Origin: Eledone cirrhosa | Lineage: Eukaryota | DNA length: 64,000 bases | Assembly: GCA_964016885.1 (NCBI GenBank) | Contig: OZ024747.1 | Location: 34,100,001 to 34,164,000 of the forward strand | Direction of reading: 5' to 3' | Shown here: one piece after another, positions 1 through 13,885 of the stretch | Layout of the letters: each line of letters opens with the position of its first letter | Position numbering within the stretch: the stretch's first letter is position 1 | Position numbers and translations under genes: made by a program | Notes under the pieces: generated by a model | Told to the model about the DNA's origin: nothing | Seen by the model: the letters and a program-made list of their open reading frames with translations, nothing else | Database searches by the model: none

Positions 1-379
1 TCAATGTAAATTTGTGGCTTTACTGAAAAAACCCAAAAGAAAACAACAAAAAAACTCGCCCGAAAAGCAACTCGACTCAATGGCAACGTTACACATTAAA
101 ACTGGTTGGTCGATGGTACTTAGTCGGAACTATCAGAAGACTGCAGAAACAGTTTTTCTTCTTTTTTTTATTAAGCAGAAATGGCATTTCATTAAGAATA
201 TCATGACCATGAAATCAATATCGAAATTGGCAAGCAGAAATCGTACAGAAGAGGACTAAATAAAATGTTTTGCAGTACAATACGTTGCTGTGTCTTTATA
301 AGTTGTATGTATGGTGCCCTGCGTATATATTGGTGGGAGTTCGAGGTGCACTGTTGTTTTATATACGGTGGCGTGTTTG

Positions 380-2815
380 ACCAGTCCACGTTGAAGTTGC
401 GTATAATTACTGGTATGGCTAGTGCATTAATGGCCTCTATTTCGTTCTGGTATTTAGTACATTCTTCATAATGGCTCTAATTCTTCGGACTTGTCACATT
501 TATTGTGCCCGAATTTTGGTATCAGCACTAAATTGTTTTACAGTCTAAAGGAAGCCTTGTAGCTGCTGATTGTTCTCTTTTCTTTTTTGCCAAGAGAGTT
601 TCAATTCATCTATATTGAAAAGATAATTGATGTGGCATTTATAAGCCTTATAACTATATTCAGTTTCATTTAGTAATTTGCTTCGGGGAATCAGTGTGAT
701 GCAGGGCAATAAAAGGGTAATGAGTAATCTTCTATGTTTTCTCATTTGATACTGACAGAGTTAATATTGATGGTATCAGTATTAAGAATATATGTTGTTT
801 TCCAAAGCTTCATGTCATTAGATAATATTTTCTGATTACAGGTGAGGTTCAGCTTATCTGAAGATATTTTTCAATCCAGCTGTGAGAAAACCTATCATAG
901 GATTTTTAATAGTCTATCCATGTAATTGAAAGATACCTCTGCCTATTGTGAAATCATCAAGGATCATGTTGATTATATGTTGCTCCTTACATCCATAAGA
1001 ACAGCGCTTACTTCCTTTTTGTTTGACAAGAAATAGTTGTGTGTGGACTGTCAGAACTGATGAGGACTTTTGACAATGTTTTCGGGCATCTAAAGATCTA
1101 TCATTTTTTGGGGATATTGGTCTCATAACTTTTAAGGAGCAAGGTGTTCCCATTCACCAGTCACCGAGGGATCATTGGTGCTTTTTTATTACAAAATTGC
1201 AAAAGAAAATTAAGCTTGCTTTTTTGAGAATTCTTTAAGACATTCAACCAAAATGTGGGGATTTTATCCTTAACAGAAGATCTCGATTTATTAAATTTTT
1301 TTATTGAACGTTTTTCATCATCTACACTTATCTCCGTCCACCTCCGTTCTTTTATATGTTCTCTGTCTTGTTTTTGTTGATTATTCCATCACACATTACA
1401 ACTGGGTTCTAATTCATCATATATATCTTGTATTTCTTGTTTTGAGGGAGCATATTTTACTTCGATTAGGCTTGTTTTCCTATAATTATGTACAATCATT
1501 TTCGGGTAGCTTTGAACACGTTGTTGACTTTGAAGTGAGGAATCTAAATTCGTTTTCAAAGAGGCGTATGCGTGTAGATTTAACTCGCATTTTTCTATTA
1601 TCTTCGCTGCTGTTTCATCAATTTGGTTGTTTGATTCTATTTCATACATTCTCTTGATTTATTCCAATTTTTGAAAGTTTCATGTTGGAATTTAGCCTAT
1701 AGTATCCAGTATTTTTCTGCCAGAACAAAAAAAAAAAACATTCATTTGTTTCTTGATCTTTTCTTGCTGTACTGGCATTTTTCGAAGGTTTGCTACTTTG
1801 TTTCTGAGTTTCATGTCACATGTCTTTCTGTACACATTAGCAGCATCATATATTATATCATTGAAGGTTTTCATGTTTTTTTTTTTTTATCATGAAATAT
1901 TTATTTATCATAAAATATTTGCATGTCATTTCTGTTAGAGTTACGGATGTTTGAAAGATCATGGTGGTCGCTCATATCCATATTTGGACTTTGATCCATT
2001 CAACCATTGTTTGCTCACCCACTGCGTGATCTATATGAAATACATTGCTGTTACGTCTTATCTTGTGTGTTATATTAATATGTGCCTGTTGAGAAAGTGT
2101 TCTAATTTGCTCTTACATCATAATTTACGACTATTGTTTATGGCATATGTTTGTTTGACACTACAGCTTCTTTTATTTGATCTATTTCAATATCAGTCAC
2201 CACTTTACGTTTAAGTAGATTTATGTTTAAATTCACAAGGGATATTCCCTGTTGATATTTAGTTGTACATTACATTGGGATTCATTTCCCCCTCTTTCTG
2301 GCCCACTGTTTGAAACTTCAGATGGATGATACATAGCAGGTGTCTTTCCTGGACCAGTTTGTTGTCTTTCCTGGACCAATCCTGCTTATTTGCCTTAAAA
2401 ATACTTGTTGATATTTAGCGTGAAGGGTAATCGATAGGAAGTCTTTTTATGGTAGTCCTCCATTCCAATTTGTTAAGAAGGTTTTAACTAGTATCTGACA
2501 TTTCGACACTTCATCATTGAGGGACGCGGCTCTTGTTGACACCCGTTACCACTGATCAGTTAAATCTATTTTTTGTTGGCATGGGTATGGGAGAAAGGTT
2601 ACAAAAATAAACGGAGTTGTTATCGATACACTATATCTCGATAGGTTGCCAACCAAGACGTAAATGGGCCTGTCTATCCTTTGCTGGGGCAGACTATTCC
2701 ACAACGTGCCCCAAAGCAGGTTATTATTTCTTGGAAGTAATATCTGATTATTCTTTGTCCTAGTTGTGTTGGCTTCACTATGGCTTTGTCTATGACTGGG
2801 GTTCCACATATCCCA
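380..2815 (-). mobile_element. Decayed R4/Dong-clade non-LTR retrotransposon (N-terminal region plus part of RT)
   Basis: Minus-strand fragments QLFLVKQKGSKRCSYGCKEQHIINMILDD, IRAIMKNVLNTRTK..AINALAIPV and QQRVQSYPKMIVHNY..APSKQEIQ match the R4/Dong copy at 41.5-43.8 kb (FPNEQKVCKRGSYGCKGQLLVNKMILE; RAILRTELNARNRIDVINTIAIPV). The 5' end abuts an (ATT)n remnant at about 2815-2830. Many stops and frameshifts. Confidence 0.75.
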
Positions 2816-2835
2816 TTATTTTTATTATTAGTAGT

Positions 2836-3040
2836 ATTGTTATCGGTAGAGTGTCGTACAACATGCCTTATGGCAGAGAGTTACGTCCCTTTACGATCTG
2901 ATTTCAAATCCTGCTAAGGTTGGCTTTGCCTGTCATCCCTACGGGGTCGATAAAATAAGGTACCAGTAATGCACTGAGGTCGACTTAATCGACTTTCCTC
3001 TCGGACAAACATTGTTTGCTTTTTGCCTAATCACAAACCA
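2836..3040 (+). mobile_element. Older diverged copy of the tRNA-derived SINE
   Basis: tatcggtagagtgtcg head, ttcaaatcc B-box-like motif and gcctgtcatccctacggggtcgataaaataaggtaccag body are shared with the other SINE copies; longer 3' part. Confidence 0.75.
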
Positions 3041-3043
3041 TAA

Positions 3044-6000
3044 TCTATATATATAGCTACTATATAAATGGCAATGTCTGACTGTCTGTCTGTCTGTGTA
3101 TAACCAGTTGGCGCCTACACCAGTGATATGATCCTGATGAAACTTTACACACAATTTAAGCTAATATTCAAAATCAGGACAGGCTAATTGTATTTCAATA
3201 AAAATCAATAATGGAACTCCTGGGGACATCTTTACAATGGAGGAGGAAAGAGAAGATGTTTCAGTGATAGAGGAGGAAGAGGACATACTACTACTGTATG
3301 TTAAATCCTCCCTCCCCCTACTCCCCTCCCTCTCCCTACTCCCCTCCCTCTCCCACAACTAAGTCCTCCAACATGCTAAAATAGAACATAAAGGCAAATT
3401 AGAGAACATAAAAATAAAAATAAAATCTACACAGAAAAGACGCAATTGCCTTCCCAAAAGAAAAAAACCCAAAATTCAATTGACTGTCCACAAGCAACAA
3501 GGAAATACTCAATTGCTTCTGACACTAGACTGGAGCTCCTTTTTGAACTTCAGGACATGCTTCATAGTCATAACAGTTACGTTCAGAGCTTCAAATACGC
3601 GTTAGAAACAGCTCCTATGGACAATTACTATGTTGTCATTAATGCTGACAAGTGGCCATCTGGAGGATATGCAGGCCGCTATAATTCACCTTCTTTCAAT
3701 GAGGTTGCAATACTTCTCGCTGGTGATCAGCACAACAAACGTGACATTGTTATCAAGCATCGCGACCACGGACTTCAACGAATCAGTGAAACAGACAGAT
3801 CATACGACGCACTCCAATACCCGCTGCTATATATGGAGAGAACGGATACCATTTTGGCATTCCACAATGTAAATCTACCAATTCAGAGGTTCATTCTACG
3901 AAAACAGTTTCATCCAAGGACTTCTATGCATTCCGATTCGTGATCCGAGATGACTGTTTTAGTCACCTATATCGCTCTGAAGACCTTTTCAACCAGTCTG
4001 CAGCTGACATGTGTGCACAAATGGAATCTGAGAGATTGTGTTTTACCAAACTCAATCAAAAAAAGTTGCGTTGTGACCGTCTTAGAAAAGTATGCATTCT
4101 GCCACGGGAAGCCTTCGATATATTCATGATAGTACTCAGGACGCCATGACTATTGTACGACATTACGGCAGGCCAGACTTATTTATAACTTTTACTTGTA
4201 ACCCCAATTGGAAGGAGATTGAGGGCGAACTCCTTCCTGGTCAGAACGCCACACACCGACATGATCTCGCGGCTAGAGTACTCTGTCTTAAGTTACTTAA
4301 GCTTATGGATCTTATCAAATTAGGTGAGGTTTTCGGACCAGTTCAATGTGATATGTACACAATTGAATGGCAAAAGAGGGGCCTCCCCCTGCTCATATAC
4401 TTATTTGGCTGACAGGACATTGACAGGAACATATCTGCAGAATTACCCGATCCTTCCACTGACAAAGACTTGTACATGAAAGTTAGAGCACATATGGTGC
4501 ATGGCTCATGTGGGTCTGGCTTTAGAACTTATTTACCATGCGTTACAGGCAATAAAAGATGCACTAAACAATTTCCCTGTCAATTTATTCGCGATACTCA
4601 GACTGGTAATGATGGCTACCCATTATATAGACGTAGGCGACGTGAAGAGGGAGGTTTTACGGCAAGGGTTCAGAATGGCGAGGTTGACAACCGATGGATC
4701 ATTCCCTATTGCCCACTCCTGCTCAGCACTTTCAACGCACACATTAATGTTGAATTCTGCAGCTCCGTCAAATACATCAAATACGTATGTAAGTATGTTA
4801 ATAAGGGTTCTGACGCTGCTTCGTTCGGTATACTCAACGAAAACAATAGAGATGAAGTAACTCAATTCCAAGTAGGGCGCTACATAAGTAGTAGCGAGCC
4901 CTTTTGGCGAATCTCCGGTTTTCCAATACATGATAGGCACCCTTCAATTGTAAAATTAGATGTACACCTAGAACACGGTCAACGGATGTACTATGCCAAC
5001 AAAAATGCCGCTGAATTGGCACAGACCCCATGGGAGATCACTTTAACTGGATTTTTCAAACTGTGCGAATACGATGACTTCGCAAAATCATTGCTGTATC
5101 CTCAGGTGCCATCATACTACACATGGAATAAAAAAAACATGGAGTCACAGAAAGACTGGCCAACCAGTTATTTGAGTTACCGGGATAAAATTCACTAATT
5201 GCTTGGGGCGAGTGTATAAGATTCCTCCCATCAACACGAGTGCTTCTATCTTCGAATGCTACTGCATGAGGTCAAAAGACCGACCAGTTTTCAGGACCTC
5301 AGAACTTACAGTAATCGCGTTTGGTCTACATACAGAGATGCCTGATTGGCTCGTGGAATGCTTGAAGATGACTCACGATGGGATGCAACCTTAGCGGAGA
5401 TCGCTTCCTCACACTCAGCTGGAAGCCTACGAGAGCTCTTTGCAAAGCTTCTTCTCTTATGTAACATTTGTGATCACTACACATTATGGTTGAAGTTTCG
5501 GAACCAACTGTCTGAGGACTTCTTGCACCTGGCTCAACTACTACTTCCTGACATAGAAGTAGTTTTCAGTGATGCTCTATACAATAAAGGGCTTATAGAC
5601 ACAGAGGACAGGATTGTCCTTATGGGTGGGAATGCCTTGCGAGAATAATGGTCTGCCACAAACCCACCGCACTGATTCTAATAAAATTCCAACTCTCGTC
5701 ATCCAAGAAATATCTTATGATGTCGAGACTCTAGCTAGATATATGTTTGAAATGAAACCAAAACTACTTCCCGATCAGCAATTTGATAACAACACTATCA
5801 CCGACTATGTATTTCATCGATGGCGTGGTATCTTCTTTCTTGATGCCCGTGGAGGCACTGGAAAAACCTTTGTTACTAACTTCTTCTTGCCAAAGTTAGA
5901 CAGAATGAAGTTATCACAATAGCCGTTGCATCATCCGGTAATGCAGCGACACCACTTCCTGGCGGCAGGACAGCACACTCTACCTTTAAGCTTCCGGTTA

Positions 6001-8083
6001 ACTTGGTATCAGCTGAAACACCTCTCTGTGACATCACCAAGGATAGTCCGAGAGCAGAACTGCTACGACGGTGCCAACTGATTGTGTGGGATGAATGCAC
6101 CATGGCTCACAAAGGAGCTATTGAGGCCTTAGATAGAATACTGAAAGACATTAGAGACCGTCAGGAGAGCACGGGGGGTGTAACTCTTTTGCTTTCAGGG
6201 GACTTTCGATAAACTTTGCCGGTTATTCCAAAGGACACCAGAGCGGATCAAGTTCGGGCCTGCCTGAAGTCTTCTCCATTGTGGCAACAGGTAACAACAC
6301 TTCGTCTGACCACTAGGATGCGTGTTCAACTGCATTGCGATACTGTGTCTGAAAAATTTGCTGAATACCTTCTCATTCTTGGCGACGCCAAAGTACTTTC
6401 AGGTGTGCATGGAGACATTGCACTCGACAATATATGCTGTCTGGTTAACACTGTCGAAGATCTCAAGGCACCCGTTTTTCCGCAATAATTATGGCAATCA
6501 TACATGGCTGTGTGAGAGGGCTATATTAGCTCCTACAAATGTCACTGTCTCCGCCATTAATCGCCAAATGCTTGAAAGTCTTCCTGGAAATGATAAGACT
6601 TTTAAGTCTATTGATACCAATGTTGATGCACATGATGCGGTCAATTATCCCATTGCATTCCTCAATTCACTGGATATTCCCGGTCTACCTCAACATATTT
6701 TGTCTCTCAAGGAAGGATGTCCAGTTATACTTCTTAGGAATATAACCCCTCCCAAGCTTTGCAATGGTACATGCCTTGTTGTCAATAGGATGTCACAGCA
6801 CATTATTGATGCTACGATTATGTCGGGGTGTGGAAAAAGAGAAGATGTTCTAATACCTATGGTAACTCTTACTACATCAGGGGTGGATGCACCCTATTCT
6901 TTTAAAATAACCCATTTTCCCCTTCGTGCTGCCTTTGCTATGTCCATCAACAAGTCCCAGGGTCAGAATTTATCTGTGGCAGGACTTCGCATGGAGGAGC
7001 CATGTTTTTCACATGGACAATTCTACGTTGGATGTTCTCGAGTTGGCAGCCGGAACAACCTCTTTGCTTTTGCTCCAAACAGAAAAACAAAGAATATTGT
7101 ATACCGTGAGGTTTTATAGGTTTTTGTTTGGTTCAAGACGGCAATGTTACACCAACTGCCTTAAATATATAGCGTCTACTAAACCTGTATTCAACATCGA
7201 TGCAGTGTATTCTATTGACACCTAGGCCTCTAAGGACAGCATTGATCGCAAATCAAAGCGGACTCTGAAATCGATGCTTTCGATTGTTAAGGACGCCCCT
7301 CCAGTCGCTGACAAGTCCGCCGTTTATTACATAGACACACACAACTTGGTGCATCACATACAAATATTGTTCCCGTAATTTCTTTCATTGTTTCAATATG
7401 CCTTCCGACCTAGATAACACGCAACAACAGCATTTCTGGTGCGTCGAAGTAAACTTTCGTCATCATTCTCAATTGCATGTGAAGATGCAATGGAAGCAGC
7501 ATTTCTGTTTTGTTGTTCTCTTTTTGGTGAATATGGCTTTTGCTGCAGCTGTCCATTTCGCATGCTGTGGCTGTCTATAATCTGCCCGTCAAACTCACCA
7601 TGGGTATGTTATCAGCTCTTCATAGTTTATACTTAAACATTCTACGCTATTACATTGTCAATATTTTTTTAATCACAGGTGCGAACCTCTTTGATGCTGC
7701 CTGCCTCCTCGACTACGGATAACGCATTTTTCTTTTGTTTTTCATGTCCATCCAATTTCTTTGTTTCAAAATAACTGATAGTTTGGTTATGCTGATGTTT
7801 TTCTCTGACACAAGTGTTGGAGTGTTTACACTTTCGATTTTTGTTAATAGATTACCAGTGTAGTTTTTATCCCCAGCCTCCTCTTTTGTTTTAACATTCG
7901 GGTTATGGTTATGTTTCCTTAACTTCATAAGGCATACTGTTGGTTGAGGGAATATTAATCACATGTAAGATAAGAAAGTCTACACGGTAGACTCTACAGT
8001 TTTTGAGCCAAGAAAGGAACTTAACATTGTAACTTTAACACAGCTACTGAGCAGCCCCGAGCAAGGCCGGGCTTTACTGCTAG
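3044..8083 (+). mobile_element. Helitron 1 (both termini recognisable)
   Basis: 5' A|TCTATATATA.. at 3043/3044 followed by (GTCT)n; 3' GC-rich hairpin agccccgagcaaggccgggct (8053-8073) then CTAG|T at 8080-8084; internal Rep-Pif1 helicase remnants. Confidence 0.85.
3446..7119 (+). pseudogene. Helitron RepHel (HUH Rep plus Pif1-like SF1 helicase), frameshifted
   Basis: Rep motifs YGRPDLFITFTCNPNW, YTIEWQKRGLP, KYVCKYVNKG; helicase motifs FFLDARGGTGKTF, IVWDEC, LSGDFR, FAMSINKSQGQ, HGQFYVGCSRV, spread over several ORFs. Confidence 0.92.
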
Positions 8084-8176
8084 TATATGTATATAAATAA
8101 AGATAGGGACAGAGACAGAAATCTGCGCGTTCTTGATTGTTTCGCGGCCAGCGTCTTTAATTGCGTCAGCGAAGAG

Positions 8177-8282
8177 ATGTGTATGTGTGTGTATGCGTGT
8201 GTGTGTATGTGTGCGTATGTCTGTCTGTGTATGTGTGTGTGTATGTGTGCGTGTGTCTGTCTGTCTGTGTGTGTGTGTGTGT

Positions 8283-8333
<51 letters not shown>

Positions 8334-8358
8334 TGTTTGTGTATGCGTGTGTGTGTGT
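8177..8358. repeat. (GT)n compound microsatellite in the 5' region of Helitron 2
   Basis: Directly visible; the CVCV/THTH ORFs are artefacts of it. Confidence 0.95.
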
Positions 8359-9817
8359 CATCCTACAGTAGATCAAAGTATCAGTAGGTTTGTCGTTTTA
8401 CACCAATCATTGAAAGTTAGGTGACACTAACTACAACACAAACCTATTTTATAGAACACAGAAACAATTGATACTATTTGCAATTAATCTACGGTGTGTA
8501 TTAATTTAGCTTTGTGAGGATAGTGTCATATTATTATTTACCTAATTCAGATGACTGAGTGTCAACCTATTCTCTAAGACATCGATTTGCATTTATTTCT
8601 ATTTTATTTTATATTGCTTTGTATTGTTTGTTTGTTTTTCAAGATATTTTTCAAGAAAATTAATTTCCTCATGAAACTAAAACACCGCTCATCTATCGGT
8701 GTAGTTACAATGACCGCCAAACGGTTGAAATGTTTAAGCGAAAGAGAAACTCAGAGACGGGAAACAGAAAGATTAAGGCAAGAAGAAAAACAATCGCAAT
8801 AAACGGAGGCTAAATATGAAGATCACAGAGTGGTAATGAGAGTTGCGATACAAACACGACGGACACAAAGGACAATTCAAACCAAAATAAACTGGCTAAG
8901 AGCTGCGTTTTCATATGATCCATTGAGAAATTAAAGAAATGATCCTAAAGTCGTTATTGGTAGCATGGATATTATATGCAATAGTTGTGGAGTGAGAAAA
9001 TGGAAAGGAGAAACATGTGGAGGAAAGGTCATATTTCCACTGATAGAAGACCCTCCACCTGTTATTCATATACTGCTTACAGCCCATAATAACGAAGCTA
9101 AACACTCCAGGAGCAATGTTATGTGGTATAATTTCTGCATTTCAGATGACGTCCTCTGGAGCTGAAAAAGACAATACTGACTATGGTTATTTCACAACAT
9201 TTAAAATCCAAGGACAATGCTACCATTTAATCGGCATGTTACTCCCCCAGCCTAATGAGGAATCAAAATTCATTCAAGTTTACTTTTGGGGCAACAACGA
9301 ACAAAAAGCTACTCAAAGATGTTGGCTTTACACTATTAAATGGCAGAAAAGAGGTCTTCCTCATTCCTATACGCAATTTAGTGTACAGACTACATTCACT
9401 CAGATCAAATTGATAAAATCATAAGCGCTGAATTGCCCGACCCTGATGAAGACCCAGAACTATTTGCTATTATCTCAAAACAAATGATACATGTTCCATG
9501 TAGCAGTATTGACCCTACGTGTGTGTGCATGCGAAATAACAAATGTGAAAAAAGTCATCCAAGAAACCGTAACTGGTGATGACGGATATCCTCAATACAG
9601 ATATTCTCAAAACCGAGAAGCCCTCACTGCGATTATCAAGATACGAGGTCAAGACGTTCAGGCTGGCAACAATTGGGTCGTTCCTTACAATCCCCTCCTC
9701 TGCAAATTCCTTGATGCTCACATCAATTGTGAGTACAGTACATCAGTAAAATCAATTAAGTATGTTTGTAAATATGACAACAAATGTAGTGATATGGCAA
9801 CTTTTATTATTAGCGGT

Positions 9818-9996
9818 GGATTGGCAGTATCGGTAGAGGGTCGGACGCCATGCTTTCCAGCATAGTTACGTCCCTTTACGATCTGAGTTCAAATCCCGCC
9901 GAAGTTGACTTTGCCTTTCATCCTTACGGGGTCGATAAAATAAAGTACCAGTAATTCACTGGGTAATTGCTGGCCTTGTGCCTAAAGTAGAAACAC
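9818..9996 (+). mobile_element. tRNA-derived SINE, near full length, inserted in Helitron 2
   Basis: A-box TGGCAGTATCGG, B-box GTTCAAATCC; TSD ttattag(c/t)ggt at 9807-9817 and 9997-10007. Confidence 0.92.
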
Positions 9997-11720
9997 TTAT
10001 TAGTGGTTATAACCAATTGAACGAAGTTAAAACATACCTAATAGGTATGTATATATATATGTGTGTGTGTGAGAGGATGTAATGAAGTCATGGGAGGAGT
10101 AACGAGGGTGCTTGCTGGTGACCTCAGACAGATTCTCCCCGTCATTTCTAAAGGCACGAGAGCTGATATCGTAAACGCTTGCTCCAAAGTCTCAACTATA
10201 TGGCAATGAAACCATATGGAGAATCTTTGGTTTTGACACACACAATAGAGACCCAGCGGTAGTGAACCTTGCAGTCAATTTGGAAAATGGTCAGAGAGTA
10301 TATTACACTGAAGAAAATGCACAATTGATTGCTGCGTCTCTTCCAGATACAACAGTCACTGATTTTTCTAAGCTTTGGGGAGAAGATGCTGTTGCTAAAA
10401 CCTTGCTTTATCATGAGGTTCCCACATTATACACATGGGATAAGAATAAATGGAGCTGACGAAAGATAGGCAATCATGTGGATGGCTATCAATACATTAA
10501 AACAAGTGGTGCAATAGGAGGAGTTTACACGATCCAACCTAGACATAGGGAATGTTTCCATTTGAGGTTACTCCTTCACACTGTTACAGGGCCAACATCA
10601 TTTGAAATTATCAAAATTGTACATAGAACTCCCTGTGCAAGTTATGCCGAAGCATATAAGTTACTTGGCCTACTTGAAGATGGGGAATATTGGAAAAAGA
10701 CATTGGAAGAGGCAGCTGCCACACAAATGCCTAAAAAGCTTCGAAGGCTCTTCGCTGTAATGCGTACTAGGTGCAATGTTTCAGATCCCTTGAGTATCTG
10801 GGAAATCTACGAGAAAGACTTGTCAGAAGATGTATTGCACGGGATAAAACTTCAAAACACTGGCATTAATGTAGATTTTTCTCAACCTTTCTATAATGAA
10901 GCACTTTCAGAAATTAACAACCACCTGAGTGGAATTGGCTTGTCCCTTAGGGATTGTGGTTTACCAGAACCTGAGGACACAGTGCATACTCTATTGCACA
11001 TGATATATTAAAAGAGATGAATTATGACATCAACAAGCTTACACAATTTGTCAATGAAAAGGAAGAAAAGCTGATTGAAGATCAAAGAATTGCTCATGAA
11101 AGAATCGTCCAGAATGACAGAATGATGGAGGCCTTTACTTTCTGTATGCTCCAGGGGGAACTGGTAAAACCTCCATAATAAATCTCACGTTGGCACAAAT
11201 AAGGCAGCGAAAGCAAATTGTTTTGGCTGCTGCATCAAGTGGTATTGCTGCTACCTTACTTGATGGAGGCAAAAAATCACGCTCAACGTTCAAGTTGCCA
11301 TTGAATGTCACAAGAGAAGAGTCTCTTTCATGCAATATCAAAAAGAACGCATCAAAAGCAAAACTTTTAGAGAAATGCTCTGTGATCGTATGGGATGAGT
11401 CCACAATGGCACACTGGAAGTTATTTGAGACTCTGGACCATTCTTTAAGAGACATTAGAGGATGTAATGAAGTCATGGGAGGAGTAACGAGGGTGCTTGC
11501 TGCTGACCTCAGACAGATTCTCCCCGTCATTTCTAAAGGCACGAGAGCTGATATTGTAAACGCTTGCTCCACAGTCTCAACTATATGGCAACAAGTCCAG
11601 CGATTACACTTGTTGACAAACATGAGAGTGCAGTTTAATACGTTTATATATATATATATTTTTTTTTCTAACACTGATGATTTATTGAGAAAATAACTGA
11701 ATGCGTTTAGTTAAAGAATT

Positions 11721-11755
<35 letters not shown>

Positions 11756-11789
11756 TTAGGACAATGGGATTGATGAGATAATATCTGTA

Positions 11790-13885
11790 TACAACAACTA
11801 CAACGGTATGCGATGGGGCCCACCCACAGTCCCGGTGGACAGAATAGAGAAGGCGTTTCCCCGGGGGACTGCAAAGGAGACGCGCTGGAAAATCCATTCC
11901 ACCTCGCGGGGATGACACCTGCGGCTGGGCAGCTCAGCGCCTATGGTGGTGAGTAAGGAGGCAGCCCTGGGGCTGATGACACCAGAAGTCTCCACTGCCA
12001 GGGGTACGACCGCAAACCTGTCGGAGAGCAACCGGTATTTGTGGAGTTTGGTGGAACCGCAGCGACATTGGTGTGGCTGGCGGATCCGGAGGCCGAGCCT
12101 CAGGGAAACGCCGATTCTCAGGCTATGGCTGTTTAGCTGCGTGCCAGTGGAGAAGGAGGGCAGGGCATGGAACCAGGCACCACGGAAGGGTTTTGGAGGC
12201 CGCACAAAAACTAGCAAAGCGGTGCTGACCGAGCTGGCGCGTGAGCCTGTCTGAGGCCAGGCTGCACTGGATGTCATCCCAAGTGCGTTGAGGGGACTTG
12301 ACGTCAATAGGGGGAGAAGGAGGAGGGACGTCTACTTGGCAAAATCCCAGCCGGTCCAACGTCTCACAGGCGGCCTCACGTTCTCTGAACACAGAGAATT
12401 CTGTTGTGTTTTGAAGAACCCTTCTGACGAGGACACGGCAAGATGTTACCGACGAAACATACGCCGGCAAAGCTAGTGAGATCGGGGACCGGAGGCCACG
12501 GCCGCCATACATGACAGGTAAAGTAGCCTGTTGCCACCCTATATCGTCAAACTTGACGTTGCATATCCTCTCGGCTGCTGCTCGGATACAATATCGAGGT
12601 CAGCGGGGAGAGATGTCTGGGTGTAGCATGGAGCGCTGCGGAGTGTATAGAGGAGCTTCGGCATGGCGAAGCAGTTCCTCAACAGAAAGAGAGCTGGGTG
12701 GCCGTCAATCAATCCCAGTCGGCTCGTGAGAGTCTGGAGCTGTTGAAGCCTGGACCTGATGGTGGAGCGGAGGGCCGGCGGGTGGATCGGTGACCCGAAG
12801 ATGAGGACATCCTCTTTATGTGTCACCTGAACCTGGCGGAGAATGGACGGAGGCTGCAAAATTCGCAGCATTGAGGCTGACGTTCACCATCTCCGACTTG
12901 GCCGAGTTGACCTGGAGGCCGATTCCCGCCAGGGCAGGAGCCACCGATTGAAGGTCATGGCAGACCGTCCGTACGGGCCCGCCCAACGTGGCATCATCCA
13001 GATACCGAACGTTGAGAGAGGCCGTAATACTCAGGGCGATGTGGTGAATACCAAGGGTGAACAGGAGGGGTCCCAAAGTGTCGCCCTGTTGGACCCCAGT
13101 AGCCGAGGATATGACCGTATCAGCAGCAAGGAGCATGCTCGGGGCTCCATATGACAGGTAGACCAGCGGGTAGGCAGAGGGGGCTCCCCTCACAGCCACC
13201 GGACACGCCGACACCCAGATGCACCGGTTTAAACTCCTCACCCAGTTCGTGTGTTACGGACTTGCAGATCACCTTGTCAGCCAGCCTCTGGAAGACATTG
13301 TCCACAGTAATGGGGCGTATGCCACCCTCTTTCTTCCTGAGAGCGGCGAGCCTGGCCGAAAAAAAGAGGCCTCGAGCGTAAGGGTCCAGGGCACTTATTG
13401 GTGAGCGCCACAATTGCACTCAAAAGAAGGCGCCCGGCCTCAGCGGAGAGGGGCGATGTCAACTCCTTGAGGTGGCCTGGTCGGAGACCATCAACACCTC
13501 CGCAGCTGCTAGCTGGGAAGGACCTGATGGCGGACATGATGTCTGCATCAGTAGCCACAAGGAGCAAGTGGGGGTTGGGTGGTGGTATGGGTCTGAGATC
13601 AGTGGGTGGCTCAGGGTGTTTGAGTCGCAGAGCAGCCAAGACCTCCTCGATGGGTTGGACGACAGTGTCCTCTGAAGCAACAATCTGACTGCGGCCGAGA
13701 CATCACCCATGATAAGCTTGGCGTTTACCCGGTCACGCAAACGCTTGGCGCTGGCCTCGGGGGTGGAGGATAGGGGGTACCTGATGGTGGGATGTGTGGC
13801 GTCCCTGGGCACGCTTGGAATGGGCGCTCGCCCAAAGGACGAGACATTGGCCTTGACGAAGGCTGCTGTTGACCGAGTGCAGTTG
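11790..13885 (-). mobile_element. CRE-clade (RLE-type) non-LTR retrotransposon, decayed, nested in Helitron 2
   Basis: GC-rich island. RT motifs GGIRPITV, GVGVSGGCE, GVQQGDTLGPLLF, YLDDATLGG; C-terminal HQCRCG and VPLAVETSG..QRVSFAVPRGNA, typical of CRE elements. Confidence 0.85.

Noticed and set aside
128-160. CAGAAGActgcaGAAAcag as a hammerhead
   Set aside because: Neither stem I nor a closed stem III can be formed.
8080-8424. ORFs rich in CV/TH/YI dipeptides here and at about 19.9, 21, 25.7, 39.8, 51.9, 53.5 and 57.7 kb
   Set aside because: They are translations of (GT)n, (CA)n and (TA)n microsatellites, not proteins.
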